A stretch of DNA of 64,000 nt, taken from the NCBI RefSeq assembly GCF_009914755.1, contig NC_060931.1; one strand, 5' to 3'. Shown piece by piece: positions 1 through 13,650 of this stretch. Position 1 is the first letter of the stretch; each line of letters starts with the position of its first letter. This stretch comes from the human T2T-CHM13v2.0 reference genome, Homo sapiens. The notes beneath the pieces were generated by a model, which searched no databases, was not told the origin of the DNA, and saw only the letters and a program-made list of their open reading frames with translations. A program made the position numbers and the translations under genes.

Positions 1-34
<34 letters not shown>
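1..34. repeat. (TG)17 microsatellite, cut by the window edge
   Basis: Read directly. Confidence 0.97.
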
Positions 35-39
<5 letters not shown>

Positions 40-834
40 CAGAGTGACCTATCCCAGGTGGATGCTGGGAGTGGTGGCAGGAAGTGGGGTGTGATCAGAG
101 AGACAGGAAAATGCTCAGAGAAATGTGTGATAGCTCAGATAGGTCTCAAACCACAAGGCCCTGTCTACACATCCAGCACGATTCCTTCTGGAACACAGGG
201 AGTTAAAGATGAAACAACTCTAGAAACTGAAACCAATTATCCATGGCAATTTATTAAATAACTAAGGTTTCTAGGCCTTATTAAAATAAATGTTTAGTGT
301 ATTTTCTTATTCTCTGACATTCAGTTCTTTACTTGTCAGCACCTGCTGGCAGCAGCTGGAGTAATCTTACCAATTTTGCCATATGTGCAAATCAATTTGA
401 TTTCCGCCCCCCCCAAAGATAGAAATCAGTAAAGTGATTAAGTTACAATTAAGGCATGTCATTGAAAGCCCAGATAACATGAAAAGGCTGAGGAGGAATC
501 AGCTGGAGGTCACCAGTGATTTCCTTCCACCCAGGTTAAATGATTTTCCCCCCTCATTCTCCTGCCTGCTCTACTGCATGTGACACTGTGGATGAATCAA
601 CAAGCCTCCTCCTACTTCTGGGAAGTCTCTCCTTTTTCTGGCTTCCATCATGCTTTCCATATGCCAAGTTCTCCTCTTGTCACTCATACTGGCCCCCTAA
701 CTGTTAATCTGTCTGTCCATCTATCCAACCATCCACCCATCCAATAGATGTTTAATGACCCAGTGTGTCATGCACTGGGAAAAGTGACAAAGGATATTTA
801 TGTATGGTTTTACAGTTAAAAAAATGCTTTTCCA

Positions 835-1000
835 TATATTATTTAATTAAATTCCTGCTACAACCATATGAGGGGGCTGTTAGGATCCCCATTATTTTAT
901 ATATGAGGAAACAGGCTCTGAGAGGATCTGCAATTTATTTAAAACAGCACAGCCAGCAGGTGGCAGGGTCTAGACATGAATTCAGGTTTTCATCCCATTA
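835..1000 (-). mobile_element. MIR fragment
   Basis: Core-like 'attttatatatgaggaaacaggctctgagag'. Confidence 0.6.
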
Positions 1001-1079
1001 AGAATTCCTAATGGTACTCTCCTATATACTGGTGAGGTATAATTTCTCAACTAGCCTCACTGTTCCTAATGAAATGTCA

Positions 1080-1720
1080 CGCTCCAGCTATCACGTATTA
1101 ACTGAGACTATGTTAGGCTCTGAGGGATGCAAAGACTGAGTCCCCATCCTCACAGAGCTTGTGGCTGAGTTGGGAAGGCAGACATTAAACATTTCTGTTC
1201 ACACAAGAAATACTTGTTTTCAACATATAAGGGAGAGCTCATCTAGTTGTGAAAATTAGGGGAGTCTTCCAGAAGGAAGTAATCATTAAGATGCAGTCTG
1301 AAGGATGAGTCAGAGTTAGCTTTGGAAAGCGGGGATGAAAGAAAATCACATGTACAGAGGGAAAAGCATGTATGTGCAAGGGCCTGTGGCAGAAAGACCC
1401 AATGTGCTGAAATTTTGAAGGCCAGCTTGACTGGAATATAGACAATGAAAGGGAGCCTGGCACAGGATGTGGCCCAGACCACACAAGACTTTGTAGCCAT
1501 GATAATGATTTTTACTTTTAGCTTAAGAGCAAAGGGAAGCCACAAGTCAAGAGAATGACATGATGAACTTTGATTTTGATTCTGACTTCTGCGTGCAGAA
1601 TGAATTGTAGAGGAGCAAGAGTGGAAGCAGGAACAGCTGGAAGGCTTTTGCAGTTGTCCAGGTGGGAATTGATGGCAGCTTAGACCAGCTTTGTGGTGGT
1701 GAAAATGAAGAGAAGAACCC
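1080..1720 (-). mobile_element. LINE-2 3' fragment
   Basis: Resembles reverse-complement L2 3' region (ccatcctcacagagctt...gggaagccac...gacatgat...tgcagttgtccaggtg). Confidence 0.65.
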
Positions 1721-1921
1721 CACAGGTACCCCCTGCTCTGCTCAAGCCCATTTCCTTACTAGATCCTGACACCAGAGTGTGCTCACGAATTTGCAGTGAA
1801 TGGAAGCTTGTCCACACTTCAGGGCTCTGCTGGAGTCTCCTCTTCCAGGAAGCCGTCTCCAGACAATGCCAGTCCTCTGAGATCTTTCAGAAGTTGTACG
1901 TCTCTTCTGCGTTTTCCATTC

Positions 1922-2007
1922 TCACACCTGATGCTTCTCTATGGCTTGGCTGCTCTCTGGTCCACTCCTGGAGATGCCTTCATTTCTCCTGTTGTCTTGC
2001 TTTCTCC
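1922..2007 (-). CDS. ATXN7L1: Coding part of the alternative terminal exon of the short ATXN7L1 isoform (formerly ATXN7L4)
   Basis: Acceptor ...catttactttccaaag|GG AGA AAG (AG at 2009-2008). Phase-1 join to the 29163 donor gives G-RKQDNRRNEGISRSGPESSQAIEKHQV-TGA (stop 1924-1922), matching my recollection of the short-isoform C-terminus. Not in the ORF track because it has no start codon. Confidence 0.85.
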
Positions 2008-3239
2008 CTTTGGAAAGTAAATGCTTTGTTGGCATTTGCTGAATGGTATCAACATGGCTCCTTTGGAAATTATATTTGTAAATGATTACTCATGCCAATT
2101 GCCATGTTTCCCCCTAAATTAAACACTGGTTGCTTAAATGCGTCTTCATGATCTTGTTCTATCAAAATGTATGTCCCAATTTTTCCATTACTTCCTCTAA
2201 ACTCTTTTCCATATTTCTCCTAGTAGAAAGCAGTTTCAGGGGGAATGGAATGGCGGTGGGGTGGGGGCAGGAGTGCAAGACCTGAATTCCTATACCTTTT
2301 TAATGGGGTATTTGATTAATCCTTTTCATGGGCACCATTATTCATGCCTTGATAGAATCTCATTTTATAGCTCTTAATACATGGACCCAATTTATCCACA
2401 TCACATTGTATTCTAATACTTGTCATCCAAGTTATTAGCTATCTCCTTCTCAGTGTAAAATCATCAGTAAGTTTGATTAGCTTATTCCCTGGGGATGATA
2501 GGGGAGATAAGAACAGACACAGTACAATATGACCCCAAGGGCTCTGCATTCTCAAAAGAAGACTGCTACATGGAATCCATTTATGGAGCCAGGGTGGCCA
2601 AAACAAACATCCACCCCATGGGAGGGACTCTGTGCAACCCAGGAGCTGTAGCCATGAAGGGCTGACTGCTGCCATTACTGGCAGGACTGAGCTATCATCC
2701 TAAGTGGGATTTTAATAAAAAATAGTGGGGTTCTTCCACCACCTGCTTAACACTCCCTCCCAATGACTTTCCTGAGAATCACAGCCCAGAAGCTTCTCTT
2801 TACTCCTTGACACCCTTCTGCCTTCAATCCCTGTTCTTTTCCTACTGGGCACCTGGCAGGGCGGACAACCTAGAAGGAGATGCACAGTGCTGTGTACTGC
2901 TCTTTCTCCAGCACAGCCTTGGGTCTAAGCCTCCAGCCCTGTCTTTCTCTTCTCTGGAACCAAATCTGAGCCTTGGGACTCATAGGTGGCTTTGCTTTTG
3001 TAAGCAAAGTCACTCTTTAGCTTGAAAGAGAGAAGGGGCCTGCACAACCCCTATAGGATGGTAGGCTCCAAGCCCATGGAGAGTTTCTAATGCCCCTTCC
3101 CCTACCCAATCACCTTTCTTCAGCCCAATCAGGTGCATCCCTATGGCCCCAATGGCTGCAGCCCTCCTCATCTTTACACCAAAGGCCCTGTCAATGATTC
3201 TTGTGCTTTTCTGAGCCTGGCAAGAGTCTCACTGAGGTG

Positions 3240-3717
3240 ACACTCTTCCTTTCCAAAGGTGGAGCCCAATTCCCTTCCTGCAGTGTGTGGGCTGGACTTA
3301 GAGACTGATTTCTAATGAACAGAATAGAGTGGATGTGACAGCGTGTCCTTTCTGAGACTAGGCCATAAAAGGCATTTTGACTTTCTCCCTCCCTCTCTTG
3401 GGTTGTTGGCTCTCAGGGAAGTCAACTGCTATGCTGTGAGCAGGGCTGTGGGGAGGCCTAAGGTACTGAGCACCAGGAACTGAGGCCTCCAGCCAACAGC
3501 CATGTGAGGGAGTCATCTTAGGAGTGGGTCCTCCAACTCCAGTTAAGCCTTCAGATGAAAGCTTGACTGCAGCCTCATGAGAGACTCTGAGCCGAACCAC
3601 ACAGCTGAGCCACTCCCAGATCCCTGGCCCACAGAAACTGTGCAAGACAACACAGATTTGTTGTTCTAAGCTGCTAACGCTGGAGTCATTTGTTATGCGG
3701 CAACAGGTTACTAACAC
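3240..3717 (+). mobile_element. MaLR LTR (MLT1E/F-like)
   Basis: Motifs 'gaggcctccagccaacagccatgtga' and 'agttaagccttcagatga', terminus 'tttgttatgcggcaacaggttactaacaca'. Confidence 0.75.
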
Positions 3718-4380
3718 ACTCTTCCTACTTTAGGGTAAGGCTCTCGTCTTCTCCTCCCCTTCAATTCCCTTCTTAGGTTCTATTTTCATCTCTTCTCTCT
3801 TGAGGATGTCTGGTATCCCTGTTGCCCCCTCCACTGACCCATCCCTCTGTGTCCACTCAGTCCTCACAGTCTCAAGGACTCTTTCCCAAGAAGGGGGAAT
3901 GGAGGAGGGAGGAGCTCCCCAGGACCTGGGTTTGCAATTCCACTCTTGCCTGCCATCCAGAGTGACATCTGGCATTAGGAGAATGACTTTTTTGCAGAGG
4001 GCAGTCTTCCTCAGGCCATGAGGCTGCCTCTTGTTTTTAAACCTGGGGGCATAATAACTTCAGCCAGGCCCACAGCCAGCATGAGAAGACTTTGCAAACA
4101 TCATGTTCCCCTTTGTATCATATGCTCATCTCCTGTGCCCTTTTTGCTCATCTGCAATTTCTGCAAAAGGTCATGTCTCATTTCAGCTTTGCCATTAAGT
4201 GCATTTGACACTAGGTGGGAATTCCAAAACTGGATGAAGATGCAATCTGGCTTAAATGCTGCAAGGTGGGCCGCTATACTTCACCCCAACCAGCTGTGTC
4301 CTGCTAGCATAGACACCCATGCAGGAGGTGGCAATCTGATAGTCACTTCCTTCATAATTATACATGGGGCAAAATGTAGT

Positions 4381-4696
4381 TTTTTTTTTGTTGTTGTTGT
4401 TTGTTTGCTTTTTTTGAGATGGAGTCTTGCTCTGTCACCCAGGTTGGAATGCAATGGCGTGTTCTCGGTTCACTGCAACCTCCGCCTCTCGGGTTCAAGT
4501 GATTCTCCTGCCCTAGCCTCCCAAGGAGCTGGGATTACAGGTGCCCGCCACCATGCCCAGCTAATTTTTATATTTTTAGTAGAGATGGGGTTTCACCATG
4601 TTGGCCAGGCTGGTCTTGAACTCCTGACCTCAGGTGATCCACCCGCCTCAGCCTTCCAAATTGCTGAGATTACAGGCATGAGCCATGGTGCCCGGC
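4381..4696 (-). mobile_element. Alu (AluS-like), full length
   Basis: Both arms, T-rich tail, TSD TGTAGTTTTT. Confidence 0.95.
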
Positions 4697-4893
4697 TGTA
4701 GTTTTTAACTAAAAACAAAAAAATCCAGGTAGCTTTTCCATCTGGTCAAATCCTAGTAATTTTTACAAAATCAATCTCAGTTTAACGGAGCAAAATCAGA
4801 CAGAGATAGATGTCAATTTTCTAGAAGGCTTGGCAAAGCTTAAAAAAAAAAAAAAAACCACAATGGACCTAAGCAGTGGAGTGGACCCCAAAG

Positions 4894-5080
4894 CAGTGGT
4901 TCTCAAAGTATAGTCCCAGGGCCAACAGCATCAGCGTCATCTGGGGACCTGCTAGAAATGCACATTCTGGGGCCCCAACCCAGATCTACTGAATCAGAAA
5001 CTTGGGATGGGGGAGCCGCAGTTGATTTTAACAAGCCCTCCAGGGGATTCTGACACATGACTACAAGTTGCGTATCACTG
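4894..5080. mobile_element. MER5A (hAT-Charlie MITE)
   Basis: CAGTGGTTCTCAAAGT...tactgaatcagaaact...ttttaacaagccctccagg...cactg termini. Confidence 0.85.
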
Positions 5081-5596
5081 ACTTAAAGGATTAAACATCT
5101 AAATCATTCATTCAGTCATAAGCTATTGACTGAATACCCACTATTTGTCAGACATGGTGAACTCTGGGGCAATGTGGAGGAATGAGAGGGAATGTCTTCC
5201 TCAAGGAGTTCACAATACTCTCTTCCCTTGCTTTATTACAAAGCTTGAAAAGAATGCAGGAATCTGAAGACATAATCCAAGGAATGGAAATTATTCTTTA
5301 TATGTAACTTTTCAATGGACAGGAGGCACATCAAATTTTTTTTTTCCAGGAACGATCATACTCTCAAAATAGTAACCTTTCTAAAGTAAGTAAATGTGTG
5401 GGTTTAATATATCATGTACAGCTGGCTCAGGCTTTTAGGCTTAAAAAAAAAAAGATTATGAGATTCCACCATGAATGAAATGCAGGATTATTTCAAAGAT
5501 TCACTTAGGCATCTGTCTGTCTTAATGAACAAACTATTCAGTGTTACCATCTTCCTTGAAGTAGGAGTTCTTGCCACCTCTCTTAAAATAAGTCTA

Positions 5597-5877
<281 letters not shown>

Positions 5878-5956
5878 CTAAATAAGTCATAACAGCTCAT
5901 TTGTATTGTGTGCTGGGCTTGGGATATCTGTATTCATTAACTCATTTGATCCTTCC

Positions 5957-5996
5957 CTGATCCTACAAAGTAGATGCTGATCCTACAAAGCAGATG
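5957..5996. repeat. 20-bp tandem duplication, one mismatch
   Basis: ctgatcctacaaagtagatg / ctgatcctacaaagcagatg. Confidence 0.9.
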
Positions 5997-8900
5997 TAGC
6001 AAACACATACAGTCTGCAGATGAACAGAGTCTGAAAGAGGCAGAAACAGGAACCCAGACTCATCTCTTAACCCCAGGCAAATGATCCTCCTGTGCTGTCT
6101 CTCATCCCCCTTGGGTCATCTTGCTGCTCATTAAACTACTAATTGGGAAAACATAAAAGGAAATACTACTCTCCCCTAAAAGGTTTCCAGTATGAAATCC
6201 CCGGCTAAAGCTTAAACTGTGGGATTTATTTTGAAATTTTAAAGTTCATGCTAGATTTCTCCTTCAATACCATAGATAATGAAGAGCTGGCTATAAACTT
6301 CTTATGGTCACCAGCATTAGTAGCCTGTGTAAGAATCCGATCCATGCTCAACAGATCCTGCTTGGAGACGATGCTCCACATTTCCTCCTTTCTCAAGGTG
6401 TCTCAAAGATGCTTATGGACTCACTGTAATACTATCAGAGTAGATGACTTTCCTGTATCTGGGATGAACTTGAACTGATCCAGTCAAGCCTGGGCCCTTG
6501 TGACCAAGGATGTCTAGTTAATCTGGCAGCTGTGGGGATGAAGAATGTGACCTATGGCCACAGAAGAAATCAAAACTGTCTGGCTAGACCAGAAACACAC
6601 TCAACCCTTTGGCATAGGCAGGAGGTGTGCCGAGGGGCTGAGCTCATTCGCCACACAGGCTTATCCTTCATTTACAAAGGAATCGCAGGTCAACCATGTT
6701 TTGGCAACTAGATCAGGAGCCCTCTTCTGCCTATTGCATCCTTGGACATAATCTGGTGGCTTTATCGATATATAAGCAACAAATTCAAAGTCCACGTGGG
6801 CTGCGTAAAAAACTCTGAATGTATCTCTCAAGCCACTTACAGTGCGTGCAACGTGAAGGAAACTGAAATGTATGCACCTTTCCCACTGACTTTCTGTAAT
6901 CAAGTCTTTTTAGCACAAAAAGTTCAACTTCCATCTGTTTTTAAGTCAGGGATGCTTGTTGGTTTGTGCCGAGACATTGATTTGATTAGTAGCATTCTGT
7001 GGAACTACAGACATGAGATGTTGAGCTCACAAACGTATGATTCATTTCGGAATTTTGAAATGAGAAATGCACCTATCAATGACACAGAAGCTGGGAGATT
7101 CTGAGAAAGCATTTCATGCATATAAATGGGACATGTGATGAAAAAATATGCTTATGGTTACAACCCCGAAGCCAGGGACCACCCCACTGTGCTCTCCACC
7201 CTCGAGAAGTGACGGCTCCAAGGGAAACCGCTGGGATTAGACGATCCTGTGTTTGGACACCCATATGCTGCCTCATTTATCTACCTGTGACAGGGACAGT
7301 GCTGGAAGAGAATCAAAAGATGACAAATTGCTTCTGGTTTTAAAGGAGCTGTTCAGGCTGGGTGTACACCCAGGGGGAACCAGCTTCCGTGCCAGGAGCC
7401 ATCACTTCATCCCAGTCTAAGGCCACATTTTGGCAAACATCAACCAGCAGATGACTGCTGTCTCCTTTCACCAGTGGATTCAAAGACGCTTGCTCTGAAA
7501 GCCCGAAATTCAGTCTTTCTGAAGACGTGTGCAGCAGAGAGCAGATCTGCCCACACACTGCAGTGAGGCAGGACGGCGGGCAGGAAGCAAGGGTTCCAGA
7601 TGACAGGGATTTTTCCCGTGTTGAGGCAGACAGATAACAGGGGAATGATTTTGCAGGGGAATGACTCCAGAGCAGAGAAAGTATAATATCAGTAAATGAC
7701 CCTAGAAAAGACTGATACAAGTGAAATAAGTGCACAAAAATTTCCAAGATGCTGGCCACTGGAATCCGCTTTTGGGGACACAGAAGCCCCCAAGATTCCA
7801 GCTTTCCTGGGGGTAGAAGGGAGGCCCACCGGGAGTTTCAAGAGGGTCCACCTGAGCAAAACCCGGCCCTCCATAAGCCCCTATACTCGCCAGCCCCTGG
7901 TCCAGCCAAGGCCATGTATCCATCCAGCTACGATCCTTGCTGCTTCTCTCCCGCCATGCGTCCTCTCTGGGAATGACTATGTAATTCATGGTTAACCCAC
8001 TCAGTCCTCTGGAGGTGAGCTTTCCTCAGCCAGTCCAGCTTGTTTCTTCTCTGCCATGTGCTGAAATTCACAAGGCCAGAGAAGTGCCTTGCTGTGTTTA
8101 AGTGTATAGATGTCTGGTGTTCTCCTACATGTTGCAGTCCTATTTACTTATTTTATCCTCCTGACAACCTCTGAGACAGGTACTATTATTACCCCCATTT
8201 TGAGCTTGATGAAATTGAGGCACAGAGAGATGAGGACTGGCTGAAGGTCATACAGCCAGTGAATAGCAGAGCTAAGGTCAAGCCCAGATAGCTTGGCTCC
8301 AGGGTCTGGCTCTTTCAGAACCCCTCTGCTGCCTCTCCGATAGAAAGCTCCTTGAAACCCAGCAGCTGCAGCCCATGTGGGCACTGGCTTGCTCAGGCCT
8401 TCCTCCTTCTCCAGTCCACCCCTCTGGAGTTCGACTGGTACTCAGGGCTGGAGTGCAGAGCCTGCAGTGTGAAAAGACAGAGGCTCATCTCCAAGCCCCT
8501 TATTTGTTTCTAAATTCAGGCCAGACGTCTAAACGTTTGTTTTGTGCTTGTTTTGAACATTCCATCGTGATGCCCAAGGACGCTTCATAGATGATCTCTC
8601 TGTTCTCCTTAGTGAGCATCTGGCCCCCTCTCCTCAAACCTCTTGTCTCTGGGAACACTCTTCCTGCCACCAACTGATGTTCCCTGCCTAACCTCATTAC
8701 ACATTTCAGCTAAAAATGCCTATTTTCCATGTGGCAGTGAGGTATAATTATAGCACAAGTTACATGCCAAGGCATTTTCAAATTTATCATTTCTAATAAT
8801 AACCTTGGTATATAACCACCATACCCATTCCATAGATGGGCAAACAGAGGTAGGAGGTCATAGCAAGGTTGCAAGGGACTCCCAAATTGCCAGGTCACTT

Positions 8901-10105
8901 GAGCCACTTGCATACAATTCTCTCTCCAGATCGCTTTCTCTCAACTTCCTATTCAACAAACTTATCTGTGGCCTAGGAATGAGAGACGTTAACAGGATCA
9001 AGTTGTATCTGTGCCTGTACTCCAGCTCTCAGAATACTAACAAGCGACTCTAAGCTTTGGTGGCAAGGTTATCAATGCTTAGCTTTCAGCCAAAACCCAT
9101 CACGAGTAGGTTTACATGCATGAAACATGTACTTGGAGTTTTTGGTCTGCACAGTTCTCTTATTACCCATTGTAACTAATCAGAATGCTGAAGGGATTTA
9201 TTCCCAGCATCTGCTGAAATGACCATAACTTTTGTTCTGATAGAATCTTCTGGCCAAGCAATGAAAGGGTAGACTAGAACCTACAAGAAGACGAGTAATC
9301 TTCCTTCAGAGTCAAAATCGTAAAACTGGTTTTCAAATAGTTATTGCAGAAAGCTTGGGTCCTGAGTAAGGAAGATAGAAGACAGCTAGAGGATGTATTC
9401 ATTGCATGTAAATCTAGAATTAGAAACTGTAAATGTTGGAAGTTTCATAAAAGTAAATTTGCCTCCTGTACTGGGTGCATTTTTTTGCTGCTCTGTAAGC
9501 CTTTTCCCCCCCTGGGGTCTCTATCCATGGAAAATGCAGTTGTGGGGAGTCAGGAATCCTGACTTCTAGTCCCAGCTCTGCCCCTATCACTTGTGTGGCC
9601 TCAGGCAAATCACTGAATTTCTTTGAGCTTCCAAATCTGTGAAACCAGTTTCCGCCAGTGTACCTTACTGAGTTGTTATGAAAATGAAAATGAGTGAGCT
9701 ACAAGAGTGCTTTGGAAACAGCAAGATACTGTAGAAATGGAAGATATTTCTATAGGCAAATGATCAAGCTCAAAAGGCAGTCGTGAGTACAGAAGACTCT
9801 CAACTGTTTTCAGAGGAATCATCTTCCAGAGACATTGCTGAGAAGTGGCTTCTGGAAGCGTGACCAGGGAAGCGTGACCATGCCAGTCTACCTCACGGTA
9901 TTCAAAAACAGGCGACGGCACACTATTTTGTGTGTTTGCTGTCTCTACTCGTGTTCGTGCTTGACTCTCTTATCCCACCACTCAGGCAATGCTTGGCCCA
10001 TAGTGGGTGATCAGAAATGTGAGACAAATTAAGGAATGCCAGCCTAAGTATTTTAGTCCCCCGAGCACAGGAAGTTTGTTGGTGGGAAGGAATGGGGGCG
10101 AAGAC

Positions 10106-11067
10106 GGGAAATTTCTGGAAGCCTGAGTGTAGGGTGACCGGCTGACTCAGGCCTAAGGGATTTCCCAGGACAAGATGGTCATTCTACCTGGATGTCCTAT
10201 TTGAATATCCACTTTGCTTCCTCCCAGTCAGCAGGGCATACAGTATCTGAAGAGAAGACTGGTAGAAGGCATAAGTGTCTCTGAGTTCCTGAAGAGTAGA
10301 TCCCTAGGGATTTATAGCCTGGGCATTTTCTTTTACCTTTTTGTCTCCTTAGTTTCAATAGGTGGCATCATCTTTTCACCATCAGGAATCCCACAGAATC
10401 ATGCCCCTTCCATTTTTCCTGCATCAGATTGTCACCTCTAAGTTATTTTCCTGATCCTTGCCAGTGGCGTTCTGCCACCAGCTGAATCTTCTCCCTAACA
10501 GCTCGTGGCATTCGGCGTAAAACTGCAGCCTTTAGCAGGACTTGCATTTGGAATTGTTACAAGTGCTTTGTGCAGGCTTCACCAGAAACACGTGCACTGC
10601 AGAATTGCTGCCTGGATCAAGATCTGACTGGTGCATGTAGCAGGGAGATGACATTTTGGGCCAGTGCAGTGATGTGATTAGTTGGGGATTTCCCCTTTAA
10701 AAACTTACGGCAAAAGCCTGCCTGAGACAATTCAATATTCATAAATGGAAAGCATAGATGGCGTTTCTGCTCTGCCAAGAGCAATAGCTATTTATCATGG
10801 CAAATGACTGAAATAGTTGTACATACAATGCTTTACTCAGCGCTGTAAATTACAGTATACAGAAGATTAAGCTTAAGCCTAATGCTACCCTTGAGCTTCA
10901 ACAGCTGAGTCCTATAAATGGATACCCGTTAAGAGGAGAGAATCTTTTTCCTGGTTACTACTTAGGAGTGTATCTCTATTAAAAGCTTGTCTTAAACATA
11001 AATTACCAGGAAGCCTGCCCCTTACCCCAGGCAGACTTTTCCTCAGGGCATTGACTCACATGAGTCA
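10106..11067. promoter_or_regulatory. Candidate intronic enhancer: NF-kB and AP-1 motif cluster
   Basis: TGACTCA 10143-10149, GGGATTTCCC 10157-10166, GGGGATTTCCCC 10684-10695, TGACTCA-ca-TGAGTCA 11052-11067. Motif evidence only. Confidence 0.4.
10130..10186. mobile_element. Internally deleted MER81/MER94-like (hAT-Blackjack) miniature element
   Basis: Inverted termini TAGGGTGACC / GGTCATTCTA and degenerate 8-bp TSD cctgagtg / cctggatg. Confidence 0.6.
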
Positions 11068-11394
11068 CATCTAAATGACACAGTGACAGGCCTGAGACTA
11101 TAAGTGTGTGCTGTGCTGACCTCAAGAGGGACAGCAGAGGAAATGGGGGTGGAGGTGGAGGGACTTCACAGAGCACTGAATGACCACTCACTTTTAGCCA
11201 GTCTGATCTGAGCCCAAGGAGGGATGGAGAGACCCTGCCAGACCTTAAGGAGACCTTTAGAATTAAAATAATCCTGAACCCCAACCCCTTCAAAGAGAAA
11301 GTTTCTTTATCTGTTATTCTGTAAGCATCAAGGAACCATGACCTAGAGCTGAAACTTAAATTTCCTAGCTAAATTCTATTCTCCAAGCTCTTGC

Positions 11395-11745
11395 TTCTCA
11401 AAGTGGGTTCTGTGGACCAAAAGCACCAGCATCACCAAGGATCATGTTAAAAATACAGACCTGGGCTAGGTGCAGTGGCTCATGTCTGTAATCCCAGAAC
11501 TTTGGGAGGCCGAGGCAGGCGGATCACGAGGTCAGGAGTTCAAGACCAGCCTGACCAACATGGTGACATCCCGTCTCTACTAAAAATACAAAAATCAGCT
11601 GGGTGTGGTGGTGGGCACCTGTAATCCTAGCTATTCAAGAGGCTGAGGCAGGAGAATTGCTTGAAGCCAGGAGGCAGAGGTTGCAGTGAGCCGAGATCGC
11701 GCCACTGCACTCCAGCCTGGGCGACAGAGCAAGACTCCGTCTCTG

Positions 11746-11788
<43 letters not shown>

Positions 11789-11870
11789 AGACCTACTGAA
11801 TTGAATCAGAATCTGCATTTTTACAAGATTTTTTGGACGATGTATATGCACAGTAAAGTTTTGAGAATCA
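11395..11870. mobile_element. MER5-family element split by an Alu insertion
   Basis: 'cttctcaaagtggg...agcatcacc' left of the Alu and 'cctactgaa...tcagaatctgcattttt...aaagttttgagaatca' right of it. Confidence 0.7.
11464..11787 (+). mobile_element. Alu (AluSg-like) whose tail is an (AAT)n microsatellite
   Basis: Both arms, (AAT)n at about 11746-11787, TSD AATACAGACCT. Confidence 0.95.
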
Positions 11871-12339
11871 AAGGACAGGGAAGCAGGTGTCAAGCAGGGA
11901 GGAGGAGCCCCCTGATGTTCTCACTGAAAATTATGACAAATGACAAATCTGATTTATGAAAATAGGTCCTAGTAGTGGATCATAGGATTCTGAGTTCCCC
12001 TTTGTCCAATCCTACTTCAGAACACTTTCGGGAACTTGAGAGAGAGATTATGAGCTGTGAATGAAGTATCACTTGAACTTGAGATGTGCCCCAAAGCATC
12101 TCAGGGTGTAAAACAGTGAATCAGCCAAAAGTTCATGCTTCACAAATTAATCAGGGTGCCTCTAATCCCCTATGAATTAGCAGGCTGAGAAGCATTGCCA
12201 GTGTTTTGGGCCATGATTTCAATTCTTTATTGTAATTACCAGTTGACTGTAAGTGGGTAAAGTATGCAAAGATTTTTGTGTTATCTGAGAAGACAGAGAT
12301 TGTGGATAACTTTAGTCTTTAAAAACTAAAGTTCTGTAT

Positions 12340-13650
<1,311 letters not shown>

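Larger units (their letters stand above)
250..1921 (-). other. ATXN7L1: Candidate 3' UTR of the short ATXN7L1 isoform; true 3' end uncertain
   Basis: Follows the TGA at 1922. Minus-strand poly(A) hexamers: ATTAAA at 842-847 and 751-756, AATAAA at 250-255. Confidence 0.5.

Noticed and set aside
4018-4701. 227-aa ORF
   Set aside because: The C-terminal half is antisense Alu translation ([11 protein letters not shown]...); no splice or homology support
11627-11893. Poly-Leu signal-peptide-like ORF
   Set aside because: The (AAT)n Alu tail read on the opposite strand
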